Below, in pieces: positions 52,625 to 64,000 of a stretch of 64,000 bases of DNA (its first letter is position 1; every line of letters begins with the position of its first letter). Both the position numbers and the translations under genes were made by a program. The notes beneath the pieces are model-generated. The model was given only the letters and a program-made list of their open reading frames with translations, was not told the origin of the DNA and did not search any database. Source of the DNA: Octopus bimaculoides (lineage: Eukaryota). The stretch covers positions 98,018,436-98,082,435 of the forward strand of contig NC_068982.1 in assembly GCF_001194135.2 (NCBI RefSeq), read 5' to 3'.

Positions 52625-52910
52625 ATTTTTTTTTTCAGTCATTGCACCGCTTTGAGGAATTTATCGAATAAATCGGCCCCAGGAATTATTCTATCTGTTA
52701 CTTTTTACCGAACCGCTAGATTACGAGGACGTAAACAAACCAGCACTGGTTGTCGTGGTGTAAATACACACATATACACGGGTGTGTGTGTGACCAAATC
52801 CAGTCATAAAGCTCAGATTGGTTCAGAAAGACGTACCACGCATTGGGACTGAACCCGGAACCGTGTGGTTAGGAAGTGGATTTCTTACCACACAACCACG
52901 CCTACGCCCG
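52625..52910 (-). mobile_element. SINE family A, old and internally deleted but CpG-retaining
   Basis: ACCGAACCGCTAGATTACGAGGACGTAAAC...GGGACTGAACCCGGAACCGTGTGG. Confidence 0.8.
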
Positions 52911-53029
52911 AAAAAACCCTATTTTCTTAATATATTTCGAAACCCCCCCTTTTTTTTTTTTTTTGTCAATTACCTTCCACTGTGTGAATAAATCTGTCCC
53001 TTAAAATTCCTTTGTTATTGTTCTTAGAG

Positions 53030-53390
53030 GCAAACGCGATCTAACCGTGACTAAACCTCACGTTAGATGGTCATGACTGGAAGACTATTTTAAGGTCATG
53101 TGTAAGAAAAGGGAGATTAGACTGCTATTTTTAGCAAATAAGCGCTTACATAGATATTGCTAGTTTTAAAACTTTTACAGGACTTTCAGCTACCAACATT
53201 GACAAATTCACACTGTGCAGTCACTCGTCTTGCGATAAATAGGAGCTAAACTTCCTTCAAATCGCACCTAACACCCCGACCGCCTTAATAAAGGAAGGGA
53301 ACATTGAACAACGTTGTCCATGATACACTATATCTAAACAAAATAAGGAATGGCCACGACTGGAACGTCTTTGAAGAGACGGCTGCTATA
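53030..53390. mobile_element. Two opposed copies of a dispersed repeat (family D)
   Basis: AAATAG(C/G)AGC..AA.CT.CC.TCAAATC motif shared with 17730-17790, 42320-42370, 45790-45960, 46820-46870, 59370-59520 and 60200-60280. Confidence 0.6.
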
Positions 53391-53868
53391 CAACAAACTC
53401 ATTGTCCGGTTCCTTCAAGTAAACGTTTATAACACACAACACACACAGAGTTGCTGGACAGGCATATGTGTATGTGTTTGTGTGTATAAGCATGTTTGAG
53501 TATGTAGACGTGAGGGAAGGAGAAGAAAGCATAAGACAGGAAAAACAATAAAAGCAAAACCGACAGGAGGAAATAAGAAAACGGAGGCAGAGACAGAGAG
53601 GGTGGGGAATAAAAAGCTAGCGAGAAAAGAGGTAGGAGGAGAACAAATAATAGTAATAACAGTAGTAGTGGTGGTGGTGGTAGCAGCCGCAGCATCATCA
53701 TCATCAATATACAACTTGTGTATGTATCAGTCGAGCGTGTTGTATACTGTAATTGTAGTAAACAAACCGACAGATCACATGAATAGTGTGTAAATATACT
53801 CAACACATATTTTTGTGTGTGTACATAATACAACTGTGTTTGTGATTATGTCTGTATGTGTGTGGTAT

Positions 53869-53904
<36 letters not shown>

Positions 53905-55789
53905 TACGTCTGTACGTCTGCATTTTAACATGTTCAAACAAACATTTGCAGAAAGTTGTCAGTTCTACAAATAGAGGGAAAAAAAACTGTGGATTCCGAG
54001 AAAACTAGCGATGTTCAGTCGTCAGTAAAATAAGACAAGAAAACAGAGTTGAATAGAAATAATAACTCAGTTTGTATGGTTGTTTAAGGCGAGAGGGAAG
54101 AAAAAGTCTAACGCTTCGGGACAGAATCCTTTGGGAGAAGAGATGGAGGATGGAGAGGAAGAAAGGGTGGGAAAAAAAGAGATGAGGGGGGAGGGGAAGG
54201 AGGAAGATGAACGGTCAACTGTGGAAGGTGAAGTAAAGGAGGAGAAAAATGCAACAAGTGTAGAGACAGAACTCTTCCTGAGAGAGAGACAGAGAGAGAG
54301 ACAGAGTGGAAGAGAACTGGAGTGGTAGGGAGAGAGGAGAAGAAAGAAGATGTGACAAGTAGGGAGGTGGAGACGGTCAGAGAGAGGAAGAAATAGGTGA
54401 TTGAAGGGAGAGAGATGGATGTATAAAGAATGCTAACTGATATGAAAAAAATTTGCAGTGATAGAGGAGGAGACAAAATTACACGTTGACTAGTTAATAG
54501 CGACTTGGAAATCATAGGAAGCTACTTTTTAGAAACTTTCTTACGGTGACAAACTTCCTCTACTATACTGATGTACACATGATCGGTTTAACCTGAAGGA
54601 AATACGCCTTATAGACATTGCAGACTACACTGTGTTTAAAAAGCTCATACACACACACACACAAATGAATTAAGGGAAATAACTGAAATAGGCATTTAGC
54701 ACGGATTAATGTTATTTACTTATGATGAACGGAAAAAAATTCCCAGTTAATTCAAATTTCAATTGAAGAAAACAAAATCCTAATGATAATTTAGACTTTC
54801 AAATAAAAAGGGAGACAATTTCTAAAAATTAAAAATTGATGTCACAAAAATACTTTTGTGAAATTAATTCTTAACTTCTCGAAATTATCTCCCTTGTTCT
54901 TTGAGAAACTCCAAAAATTATCGTAGGGAATTTTTTCCTTCAGCTAAAATTTCACTTTACTAACATCTTAATATTTGTCAAACATTTTAACCCTTTTCCC
55001 TCGATAGGTGGATTTGACTAGGGTTTAAACGAGTGTCTGTATGCGGCCGTTCGACCTGCGAGATGTAAAATTCCTTTAAAATCACGCCATACCGTTTTGA
55101 ACAAAAGACACAACTCTTGGATAAAGTGGGAAGCATCATAACTGACGTGACTTCTGGGTCATCAAGTGGTTCAAGTCTTTTACCATCAGACACTTTTGCT
55201 CGCCCAATAGATCAAGTCGTCCTAATTCAAATATAATGCTTGAGTTGAACAGGGGTTAAATAACAGCATTTCTGTTACAAGTGTTACTGTGTCACAAACG
55301 AATTCCAAAAAAAAAGCCTTCAGTGCAACAGCAGTGCTAATTACATATACATACACAAATGCATGAAAATTTCTGAGCTTATATGCAACTTCGAATTTAT
55401 TGAAAAGGAAAAAGCAAGCTTCATACAATTTCCGTAGATATGACTGAAAATTGTTCTAAGTTTAAATCGAAACCGAGAAACAATAGAACATCGGTCGAGA
55501 TTTCTTCCATTGATCAAGCGGAATAAAAAAATAACATTATACAAAATAAACAAAGCAATGCGTTATTATCACGCTTGAATTTATTGATCCGATACGTCTG
55601 AGAATCAATTGATTCACGAGGGGCTGACACATGGTTTAGTTTTTCCTTCGAACTATTTAATGATTTTTGTACAATAATGTCAAATACAAACTCACAACAT
55701 ATTGGAAAATACCCACCCAACACAGTAACAACGTACGCATTGTGGCAACAAAATACAATCGAAAGGTGCCGCTACATAGCAGTCACAAA

Positions 55790-56060
55790 TAAATTTCTGC
55801 GTGCTGTGTTCTTGAGCAAGACACTTCATTTCACGTTGCTCCAGTTAACTCAGCTATAGAAATGAGTTGCGACATCACTGGTGCCAAGCTGTATCGGCCT
55901 TTACCTTTCCCTTGGATAACATCAGTGGTGTGGAGAGGGGAGGCTGATACGCATGGGCGACTGCTGGCTTTCCACAAGCAACCATGCCCGGACTTGTGCC
56001 TCGGAGGGTAACTTTCCAGGTGCAATCCCATGGTCATTCATGACCGAAGGGGGGGGGTCT
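55790..56060 (+). mobile_element. SINE family C, 5'-truncated
   Basis: Homologous to 34880-35145. Confidence 0.85.
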
Positions 56061-57079
56061 CCTCCTCCATGTAGTTCTAAACATTCCCTTACAATGACAG
56101 CGTGATCGTGACAGGAATACAAAGGGCTAAAAAAAAGACGACACTGAGTAAAATGAGTACACTTCTCATTGAAGATAGTAAACGAGAATAACGGAAGTGA
56201 GGTTGCTCCCTTAGCATAAGAACAAATTTGATCCATCATACCTAACGAGCAAAAGTGCTCAAATTGCACCGATTTTGCTCATATTTTTTTTTTATTCAAG
56301 TTAGACATAGGACAACAATACCGAATGCGTCATTCACTTATGATAGTGGTATGTGGTTTGGGACCGACTTTGCTTTAATTTCAAACAGATCAAAAGACGG
56401 CTCAACTATTAAATTGATTTTAACTGTAGAGTAGTATAACACGTGTATATAGAGAAGTGTAATTTGGATAGTGATTAAATTGATGTATCATATGTAGCTA
56501 TAGAAGTAAATTGAGTATATGTACATTGAGTAGGTTGCGCAAGCTGAACGGGTGTGACTAAGAGGTGCAGTAAATAAGGTATGGTAGCTAAAAAAAAGGC
56601 AAAATGAGTGTAACCCACGTAGATATAATTGTTAAATGAATGTTCTTAGACTTGAGAGGAATAAATGAGTGTAAATTTGGTTAAATGGTGACTTTTACTA
56701 CTGGCTCCAGCAAATGACTGATACTTTGTTAGACACTACTGAAATGATAGCCAAAGATAGTCCTTCTCATTAGTAGAATTTGAAAGAAGATTGTAAGTAT
56801 TAAGCCCCGCACAATAGAGACGTAAGAAAATAAAATAGAATAATGAAGTCTAAGAGGACCTAGTGCTGGCGCTCCTCTTACGTATTAAAAAATGACTTTT
56901 AAGTTAGAAACATATAACATTTCCAGGTCATGGTCCAAGAAGAAAAGAACAACACGAGCGTGTGTGAAATGACTTAAAGAAATATTTGAGCATTATTTAG
57001 AAAGATTGACCAGCTACTATTTGAATAACGATAGCATGAGTATCAATTTGAACACACAGACTATATAATGTCAAATGTG

Positions 57080-57210
57080 TTGGAGTTAGGAAGGGCATCC
57101 AGCTGTAGAAATTCTGCCAAATCAGATTGGAGCCTGGTGTAGCCATTTGGTTTCACCAGTCCTCAGTTAAATCGTCCAACCCTAAACGACGACGATGATG
57201 ATGATGATGT
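57080..57210 (+). mobile_element. RTE 3' tail fragment
   Basis: TTAGGAAGGGCATCCAGCTGTAGAAA...CGTCCAACC plus (GAC/GAT)n; homologous to 43560-43670. Confidence 0.85.
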
Positions 57211-57362
57211 GTTTCACACTTGCAAAACCAATGAAGAATCAAATGCATAATGAATCACTTTTATGGTTATCATTTGTAAATTGGATAGCTGCTATGTTTG
57301 AAAGGATATAGATGAGGTAAGCGTTTCTTGACTGGATAATTTAGTCTTTTGAGTGTAACCTA

Positions 57363-57493
57363 GCTAAATTTTCAAATTAACACCCGCACGATTTTCACTA
57401 GGGTGTTAGGGTGGGAATTCCGTCCTTAACCCTAAAACCGTAACCCCATCACCCTAGTGAAAACCGTGTGGGTGTTAATCTGAAAATTTACCG
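57363..57493. mobile_element. Foldback MITE with telomere-like hexamers in the spacer
   Basis: 40-bp arms 57366-57405 / 57450-57489 (37/40 complementary); spacer has TTAGGG and AACCCTAA; TA at both outer flanks. Confidence 0.7.
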
Positions 57494-58258
57494 TAACTTG
57501 TATATTTGCAATGATTAGAGGTTAGTAACTAAGATAAATAATAATGAATGAATAATTAGGAACATAATAGTCAAATGAAAAAGCAATGTTTAAATAAATT
57601 TTACTTCGGTTTGATATAAGTCATTTGAGTACGAACGCTAATTTAGTGGTATACTAGTTAATACCTACACAATATGGGCACATAGATATTTAGTAGTGTA
57701 ATGGCATGAGTGTCACTCGTGTCCTATATCCCCATACGTTATAGGGAATATCTTTCGAGATGAGATATTTCTGCAATGTCATTTGTATGGTGGTGGTAAC
57801 AATTATCACAACAGGTAAGCAAAAGCGAGAAAGACAGAGACAAGTTACATACAGTTAGGTATTTTGTGTGAGTGGCTGGCAATATAAGGGAATACACAAA
57901 AGATATGGAAACTATGTCAGTTGTGAAATAGAAAAAGAACGGGGTTAGCTTACACACGAGGTCCTATTTAACTTATAACTGGCTTAAGGCCGTGTCAAGC
58001 ATAATTTACGATATTATTTCGATTCCCAGTTGAAACTAGTTCATTTTACATACAACATTTTTATTGCCCTTTGGACAGAGTATAAGCGCTATTTCCCATT
58101 TTTGTCTCCAGGAAATTTCGATGTAACAATTATTGTTACTAAACTTAGAGCCTGACATTTACATATGACTGTATCTACCTATCCTATCTATATCAAACAC
58201 ACACACACTCTCTCTCTCCATGCACATGTATAATAAATATATGCACACACGCGTGCGT

Positions 58259-58501
58259 TTAGAAATCCAAAGAACTCAATACTAGAAATACATAACTTCT
58301 CAGAATTTTATGCGAAAGATGGAACAGGTTGAGCATTTTACGGAATTCCTGCCCTCCTCCTGGACGTGCCAAAGTTGAGACCTTACTGTCAATTTGTTTT
58401 AGTTCTTCATATAACGATATAAACAATGACTGAATAAGATGTTTAATTCGTTTTATCACTCCCAGTACATCTTGAGCAGTTGAACAAGTTAGACTATACA
58501 A
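58259..58501 (-). CDS. Unassigned ORF / candidate exon in non-repetitive DNA
   Basis: STAQDVLGVIKRIKHLIQSLFISLYEELKQIDSKVSTLARPGGGQEFRKMLNLFHLSHK has a protein-like composition; possible acceptor TTTTGTATAG at 58494; no homology recognised. Confidence 0.25.
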   Translation of the reverse strand: MYSLTCSTAQDVLGVIKRIKHLIQSLFISLYEELKQIDSKVSTLARPGGGQEFRKMLNLFHLSHKILRSYVFLVLSSLDF

Positions 58502-58681
58502 AACCGCTAATGAAGGTAATGGTAGTTTTTACTTCACCAATATCCACGAGAAATGCACGCGTGTCCGGGCAGACATTCTGACATTTCAATATCTGTACAC
58601 ATGTGTAGCCAAAGTGAATCATAGATAAATAAAGATTATTTTTAAATCCACTACACGATGAATTGTTATAGTGAAAAAGTC

Positions 58682-58716
<35 letters not shown>

Positions 58717-61341
58717 TGACTAAATCATTCAGTAATTTTTTTTCGTGACATTTTTATTATATCTAAATTTTAGAAGAAGAAGAAACTAATCTGATTCAAT
58801 GTAGAAAGATTTGAAGTTTCTAGGGGAGAATTTGGTCATCCGACTGTAGTTCAGTCAAGTGTGATAGGAATTTTATAATCCACTCTGAATATGGAACCGC
58901 TAGAAAACGTGCCTCTCCTTTACACAGACACAATAGCAATACATTTTCAAATTATAAACCTACGAGTGCACAATGACCTGGGTTCGCTTATCTATAGACT
59001 AACTAAAAAAAAAACATGTCAAGGTTTATGTGTGTGTGTGTGTGTGTGTGTGTGCCGCATACACCCCGCAGTTTTTTTTTTTCGGTTATGTCAACATAAT
59101 AACACACACAAACTAACAAACATACAAACACAACACAGATGCACATTCAGTACACAAACCCGCCAACAAAGAGAACATGCTTTAGTGCAAGTTGTGTATT
59201 TAAAACTATTGTTATTGTCGATAGCATGTTGTTTACATGGCGGAAAATAGCTTGATGTTATTTATATTAGGCGTGCAGCTAGCAGCTGTGGCAGTGGCGA
59301 TGGTAACGGCAGCAGTAGTTAGTAGTTAAGCTAAAACATGAATAGGACGATCTAACGATAGAGTTTCTTCTCTACCTGGTCGCCCGACTTGCTAGATGTA
59401 TCAGCTGAATCTCGCTCAAATCATCCCCCTCCTTCAACTGTCTTAATACGGAAAGGGAGACACACTAAGATAATGTAGTCTTAGATCCTACCTAAAATGA
59501 CAGTACGGTATGGCTAAAGCTGGAATAACCAACCACCTCCGATCGCAGATAGGTCTGACATTATGTCTAAACAACATGAACAAGAAGAGCAATGCCGGTA
59601 GTGTTTTGACTGATGATGAGGGGTGGTGGCAGCGTCAAGCTGTTAGTGTTTATTAATAGTATTGGGAGATATAGCAAACATAGTGGTAAATAAAAGCAAG
59701 AACAGAGCTGGAATGAATGACTAGTCGTGGAGGAAAGGGACGAGGATAGCGGCGAGAAAGAGAAATAGTTGATGGTGACGATACAGATAACTGATATTTG
59801 TGGCTGCTACTGTTGTTGTTCAGTCATGTCAGCTATTTTTTTTCTATATTGAGTAGACTTGTACTAGTAACGACGACCATCCTTGCCATTATTTTATATT
59901 CATTGAATGTAGGACGGTAGGGATTTGTGGATGCTGTTGCAAGCAGGTTGAGTGAACATGAAGAGACTCCCTCGTTTATTTTTGTTGTTGTTGTTGTTGC
60001 TTAACACTAAGTTAATTCCTTAGTAAGGAGACCCATACTCAAAGAAGATCCAGTTTTAGTTGTGTTCATCTCTTGTGTGTGTGTGTGTGTGTAGATTGTT
60101 TGTATTATTGTTAGATAGCCTCGGGCCAATGCTGTTCAAACAAGTTGTGACAATAACAGTATGTTATGTTATAAAGATATAATGCGTTTGGGACTATATT
60201 ATCGAATAAGATCTTATTTTTTATCAATAAGGCCTGATTTGAGAGATCTGCTGTTTCTAGTAGGTAGCACGACCGTCTAAACACACCACCACCACCACTA
60301 CACTCCGTTGGTTTGAATTCTGATCGAGTAAATTCATGGTCATAGGCATTCTGGAGGGTAGGAGAGAGGTATGTCTGCTATTTCTACCCCGTCGTGCAAA
60401 GAGGATTCGCTATTTCGTTAATTAATGTGATGTTGGTGTTGTTATTAAGCCCCTGCTCAATCTTAACTGAACTGATCTTTCCTTTTTCTTCTTTTTTTAA
60501 TTTTTGACAACATTTATTGTTCGTATTTCCCAAGGCGTTATGGTGACACGAGGTAAATTTAACTACAACTGTTCGTAAATCGAGCAGGTGTACATTAACT
60601 CGAACGAACAGTATTGATAATGTTAGTGATGACGGCGCAAGCTGTCGTAGCGCAGCAGTAATTCCAATTGTAAACACGAGGCTTTTCCTTCCCCACCGCC
60701 TACTGTAAAAATAGAGCTAGCTTCTTCCAAGTGCTGTCGTTTGACCTGCTGAATGTAGCAGTCTCAATCTCTCTTGACTAGCTACCTTCTCTTTAAATGG
60801 AAAATACGTTATAAGCTATAAGGTTTTTGCATCCACCGCCACAACGAAAAATACTACTAGTTAGAATACTGACCGTACAAAATATCTCTTCGTCTATCTA
60901 TTTCCGCGCTAACTGGCCTCGTTCTGTTGCACGGCTCAAACTAAAAGTTAAAAGCATCTTAGACAGATTCCTCAACTAAATATCTTATTCATTATGAATT
61001 GTCCGACAGAATAAAAAGAAGTGTTCTGAAGGCAGAATATTTGACTCGGTTTCCATTGAAGCCATTTCACATAATATAACTTCACTAGCACTTTTAGGAA
61101 ACTGTAGTGTAATATCTTCCTCTCCCCTATGAAAAAGAAAAAAAGCTCGAGAGTCATTTGTAAGAAATTAGTTTGAAGGCTGATACACAATGATAACCCA
61201 TAATGTACTGGGTGAGACGGTTTAGTTAACGTAACTCACTTGAATATGTCTTCGGAGCAGAGATCGCTTATCATACGCTGTTCTGTGTGGGTGGCAGGCG
61301 CGCGCGCGACGCACGCACGCACGCTCACACACACATACACA

Positions 61342-61383
61342 CGGTCTGACGAAGGTGAGCAAACCGAAACTTTGAAGTCATTT
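61342..61383 (+). ncRNA. Minimal type-I hammerhead ribozyme motif
   Basis: GGU-CUGACGA-A-GGU(GAGCAA)ACC-GAA-ACUUUGAAGU-C-AUU; intact core, GUC triplet, self-complementary helix III, weak helix I (1 A-U plus 2 G-U). Confidence 0.68.
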
Positions 61384-61446
61384 GCAAAACTTTAATATGT
61401 TGTCCACTAAGAAGTATTGAGTAACCCTTTCACTTGAATTTAAATT

Positions 61447-61490
<44 letters not shown>

Positions 61491-62319
61491 GGTATAAAAA
61501 TATACATTAATGTATGTATGTATGTAAATAAATACCTTTCGTGTCACGCAAAGGGAGGCAATTCCAATTTTAAATAAGATTCGGTTATATACGCGTACAT
61601 ATACATTATATACATACACAAATGTATATAAACGAATGATCAAGTATATGCGTACGTATGCACGCATATAATTGCATATTATATGTATCTTCAGACTTCT
61701 AACCCACTCTGAAGACTCTTATTCAAAGGAAAAGATTTGTGAGGGAATTGCAGAGGAGGAGATTACAAATGTCGAAGTGAAACCGAATAAACAAATCTGT
61801 ATAAATATTAAATCTGGGAGAAAGAGCATCTTAGAGATACCAAAATGAAACTGCACATGAAGCAAATTTATCGGGGGTAGATTACGAAAGAAAGAAAATT
61901 GCAAAGAATACAAGAATCTATAACTTAGTCTATTGCAACAAGTAAATATCTGTAATTAAAAATAAAATAAACGTTGTGTTCTATATTTTAATTATATGTA
62001 AACATCATTTCCAGTTCATTTAAGATAAACATATTTGCCATGCTATCAATATTGAAAAGCAGTAGGTACACTACAGTAAGGAGTTTAAAAGGGGCAGACG
62101 ATTTCCTGTTTTGTAAAATTTAGATGATCTCTAACATGTTCAAACTTGTCAAACACTTTGATGTAAAACGTGTTTTATCGTTTCATTAATAAAGAAGTGG
62201 AGGGTGTTAAAAAGTTTCACTAACATTTGGCGAATACTGGTATTTGTCAGTCTGAGAAACACACTCCACAAGAATAACAAAAGTTCTAAAGTATTAGCGG
62301 TCTTGCCCCAAAGGAAGCC

Positions 62320-62465
62320 GCTCTCTGACCAAACGCCTAGCCCCAAAACAATCATGCCGACAACACAAAAGTCGCACAGTCAGTCAAGGAAACCTCTGAT
62401 GCTACGCTCTTACAGAAAGATCTAGATGCCATCTAAACATGGGCTGAGGATAACAACATGCAAAT
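62320..62465 (+). mobile_element. CR1/Jockey-group RT fragment
   Basis: ADNTKVAQSVKETSDATLLQKDLDAI*TWAEDNNMQ (YADD..LQxDL..W motif). Confidence 0.75.
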
Positions 62466-62983
62466 TACTATCTTGAGTGAATCACTGGTAGGTGGGTGGC
62501 AAATTAAGGAAGTCCACCTACTAGAAACAGACTACATGAAACTGGAAGTAAAAGGTCATTATTTATGCTAGTGGCCACTGATATTCGGAGATACCTTCTC
62601 TTCACTGGATCAATGAGTTTAGCAGTTCAAAATCTTGACGAGTAGAATATTCGAGGAATAAACTCGTAGCGCGCATTTAAGAGCTCCTATATACCGTTAT
62701 TGGCTAAAGCAAGGTGTCCAGTGTACGCACTTCAAAGATGAACGTAAATAAGGTTACAGAAAAAAAATTACAATTTTCGCAAACAGAAGTCACATCAAAT
62801 ATGTCACATTTCACTCAAATGTCACAAATAATAGTAATTAAATAAATATTTTTAAGTCGCTCATTAACTGACAATGCATGACCTGTACACAACGAGAAAA
62901 CAATATTTAAGATGAAGTTGATGTGCTTTAAACTTTGTTTTTCTGGTTAGTTTGCCACTTTGACTTTTTCTTGAATATCTATT

Positions 62984-63360
62984 ACTTTTTTACTTGTTTC
63001 AGTCATTTGACTGCGGCCATGCTGGAGCACCGCCTTTAGTCGAGCAAATCGACCCCAGGACCTATTTTTTGTAAGCCTAGTACTTATTCTATCGGTCTCT
63101 TAAACCGAACCGCTACGTTACGAGGACGTAAACACACCAGCATCGGTTGTCAAGCGATGTGGGGGTGGGGTGGGCAAACAGACACAATCATAAAAACACA
63201 CATAGATATATATACATATACGATGGGCTTCTTCCAGTTTCTGTCTACCAAATCCACTCACAAGGCTTTGGTCGGCCCGAAGCTATAGTAGAAGAGACTT
63301 GCCCAAGGTGCCACGCAGTGGTAGTGAACCCGGGACCATGTGGTTGGTAAGCAAATTACT
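62984..63360 (-). mobile_element. SINE family A, young
   Basis: Near-exact reverse complement of 26243-26602 with CpGs intact. Confidence 0.92.
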
Positions 63361-64000
63361 TTATTTCATAAATATTTGCCATAAAGGCATTACAAAGATA
63401 GGACCAACAAGGTCAGACAAACATAAAAGGGGTGAAGTAGCTGTATCGATTAAATATTTACAATTTTAAATATACAATAATAATTTGATTATATTTACAA
63501 TGTTCGATTAAAGCATTGCTCATTACAAATGCAATTTGTAATGGCTTTCCTGAAGGATGGGCATCCGACCACCAGGGTAGACCTGGTGGCACACAGCCAC
63601 TCCTGCGCCTATAATGCATTTATTTATCAAGGAATATAATTTGAAATAACGACACAGAATATATTCACTGAAGTTACAGCGTTAGGTTCAGGAAATTTAG
63701 CATTGGAACTTTCATTAAGAGAATGATAGAGTAACAGGTGAGAGGAATTATTAATGTTTCTGTGTTTGGAGTAGAAAACGAGAGTATGGGAGTATAAGAG
63801 ACCTAAGTAGGGGAAGCAAGACAGATACAGAAAAGGGACTAAAAAGAGATAGAGAGAAGATGGGAAAGAAAACATAGGAATGGAGAAAGAGTAAAAAATA
63901 GAGAGCTGAGAGAAAAGGACAGAAATAGAGACGGGGGGGGGGTCGAAAGAGCTACATTCGATTGAAGAAAAACAGGAGAATTAGAAAGAAAAAGGAAAAA

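Noticed and set aside
61260-61360. GC-rich first exon ending at AAG|GTGAGC as the sole explanation
   Set aside because: The same bases form a complete hammerhead core homologous to 40254-40293; a promoter role is not excluded but is unsupported.
61705-61750. CTGAAGA...GAAA candidate hammerhead
   Set aside because: Helix II is only 2 bp and there is no C-G-closed helix III.
40908-63875. Many ORFs rich in YI/HT/CV/poly-L/V/M/H/S
   Set aside because: They are translations of (TA)n, (CA)n, (GAT)n and (TAG)n microsatellites.
1-64000. CRISPR arrays, rRNA, prokaryotic operons or defence systems
   Set aside because: No spaced direct repeats, rRNA motifs or gene-dense segments; the sequence is metazoan intronic/intergenic DNA.

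Overview
AT-rich, repeat-saturated eukaryotic DNA with four assembly gaps. It is most likely a coleoid cephalopod (Octopus-like), inferred from the SINE, RTE-tail and MITE families and the microsatellite load; this is not database-confirmed. I could not identify any protein-coding gene with confidence. The ORF track is mostly microsatellites, gaps and decayed transposons. Recognisable elements are RTE, CR1/L2-like and R4/Dong-like LINE remnants, at least four tRNA-type SINE families, hAT (Buster/Charlie) MITEs plus one fossil hAT transposase, a deleted mariner and TTAA-ended MITEs. The most notable unannotated signal is RNA structure. There are four minimal hammerhead-ribozyme motifs of the Penelope-associated type (34142-34222 minus; 40254-40293, 50741-50788 and 61342-61383 plus), falling into two families with compensatory base changes. 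There is also a GC-enriched element at 18609-18697 whose four helices follow HDV-ribozyme-like pseudoknot order. Other signals are a fold-back plus locally templated insertion at 33245-33344, and a sharp change from CpG-poor to CpG-normal DNA near 46-47 kb. That change suggests a methylated gene body to the left and a possible minus-strand promoter with an X-box near 48.2 kb. Candidate exons are low confidence.
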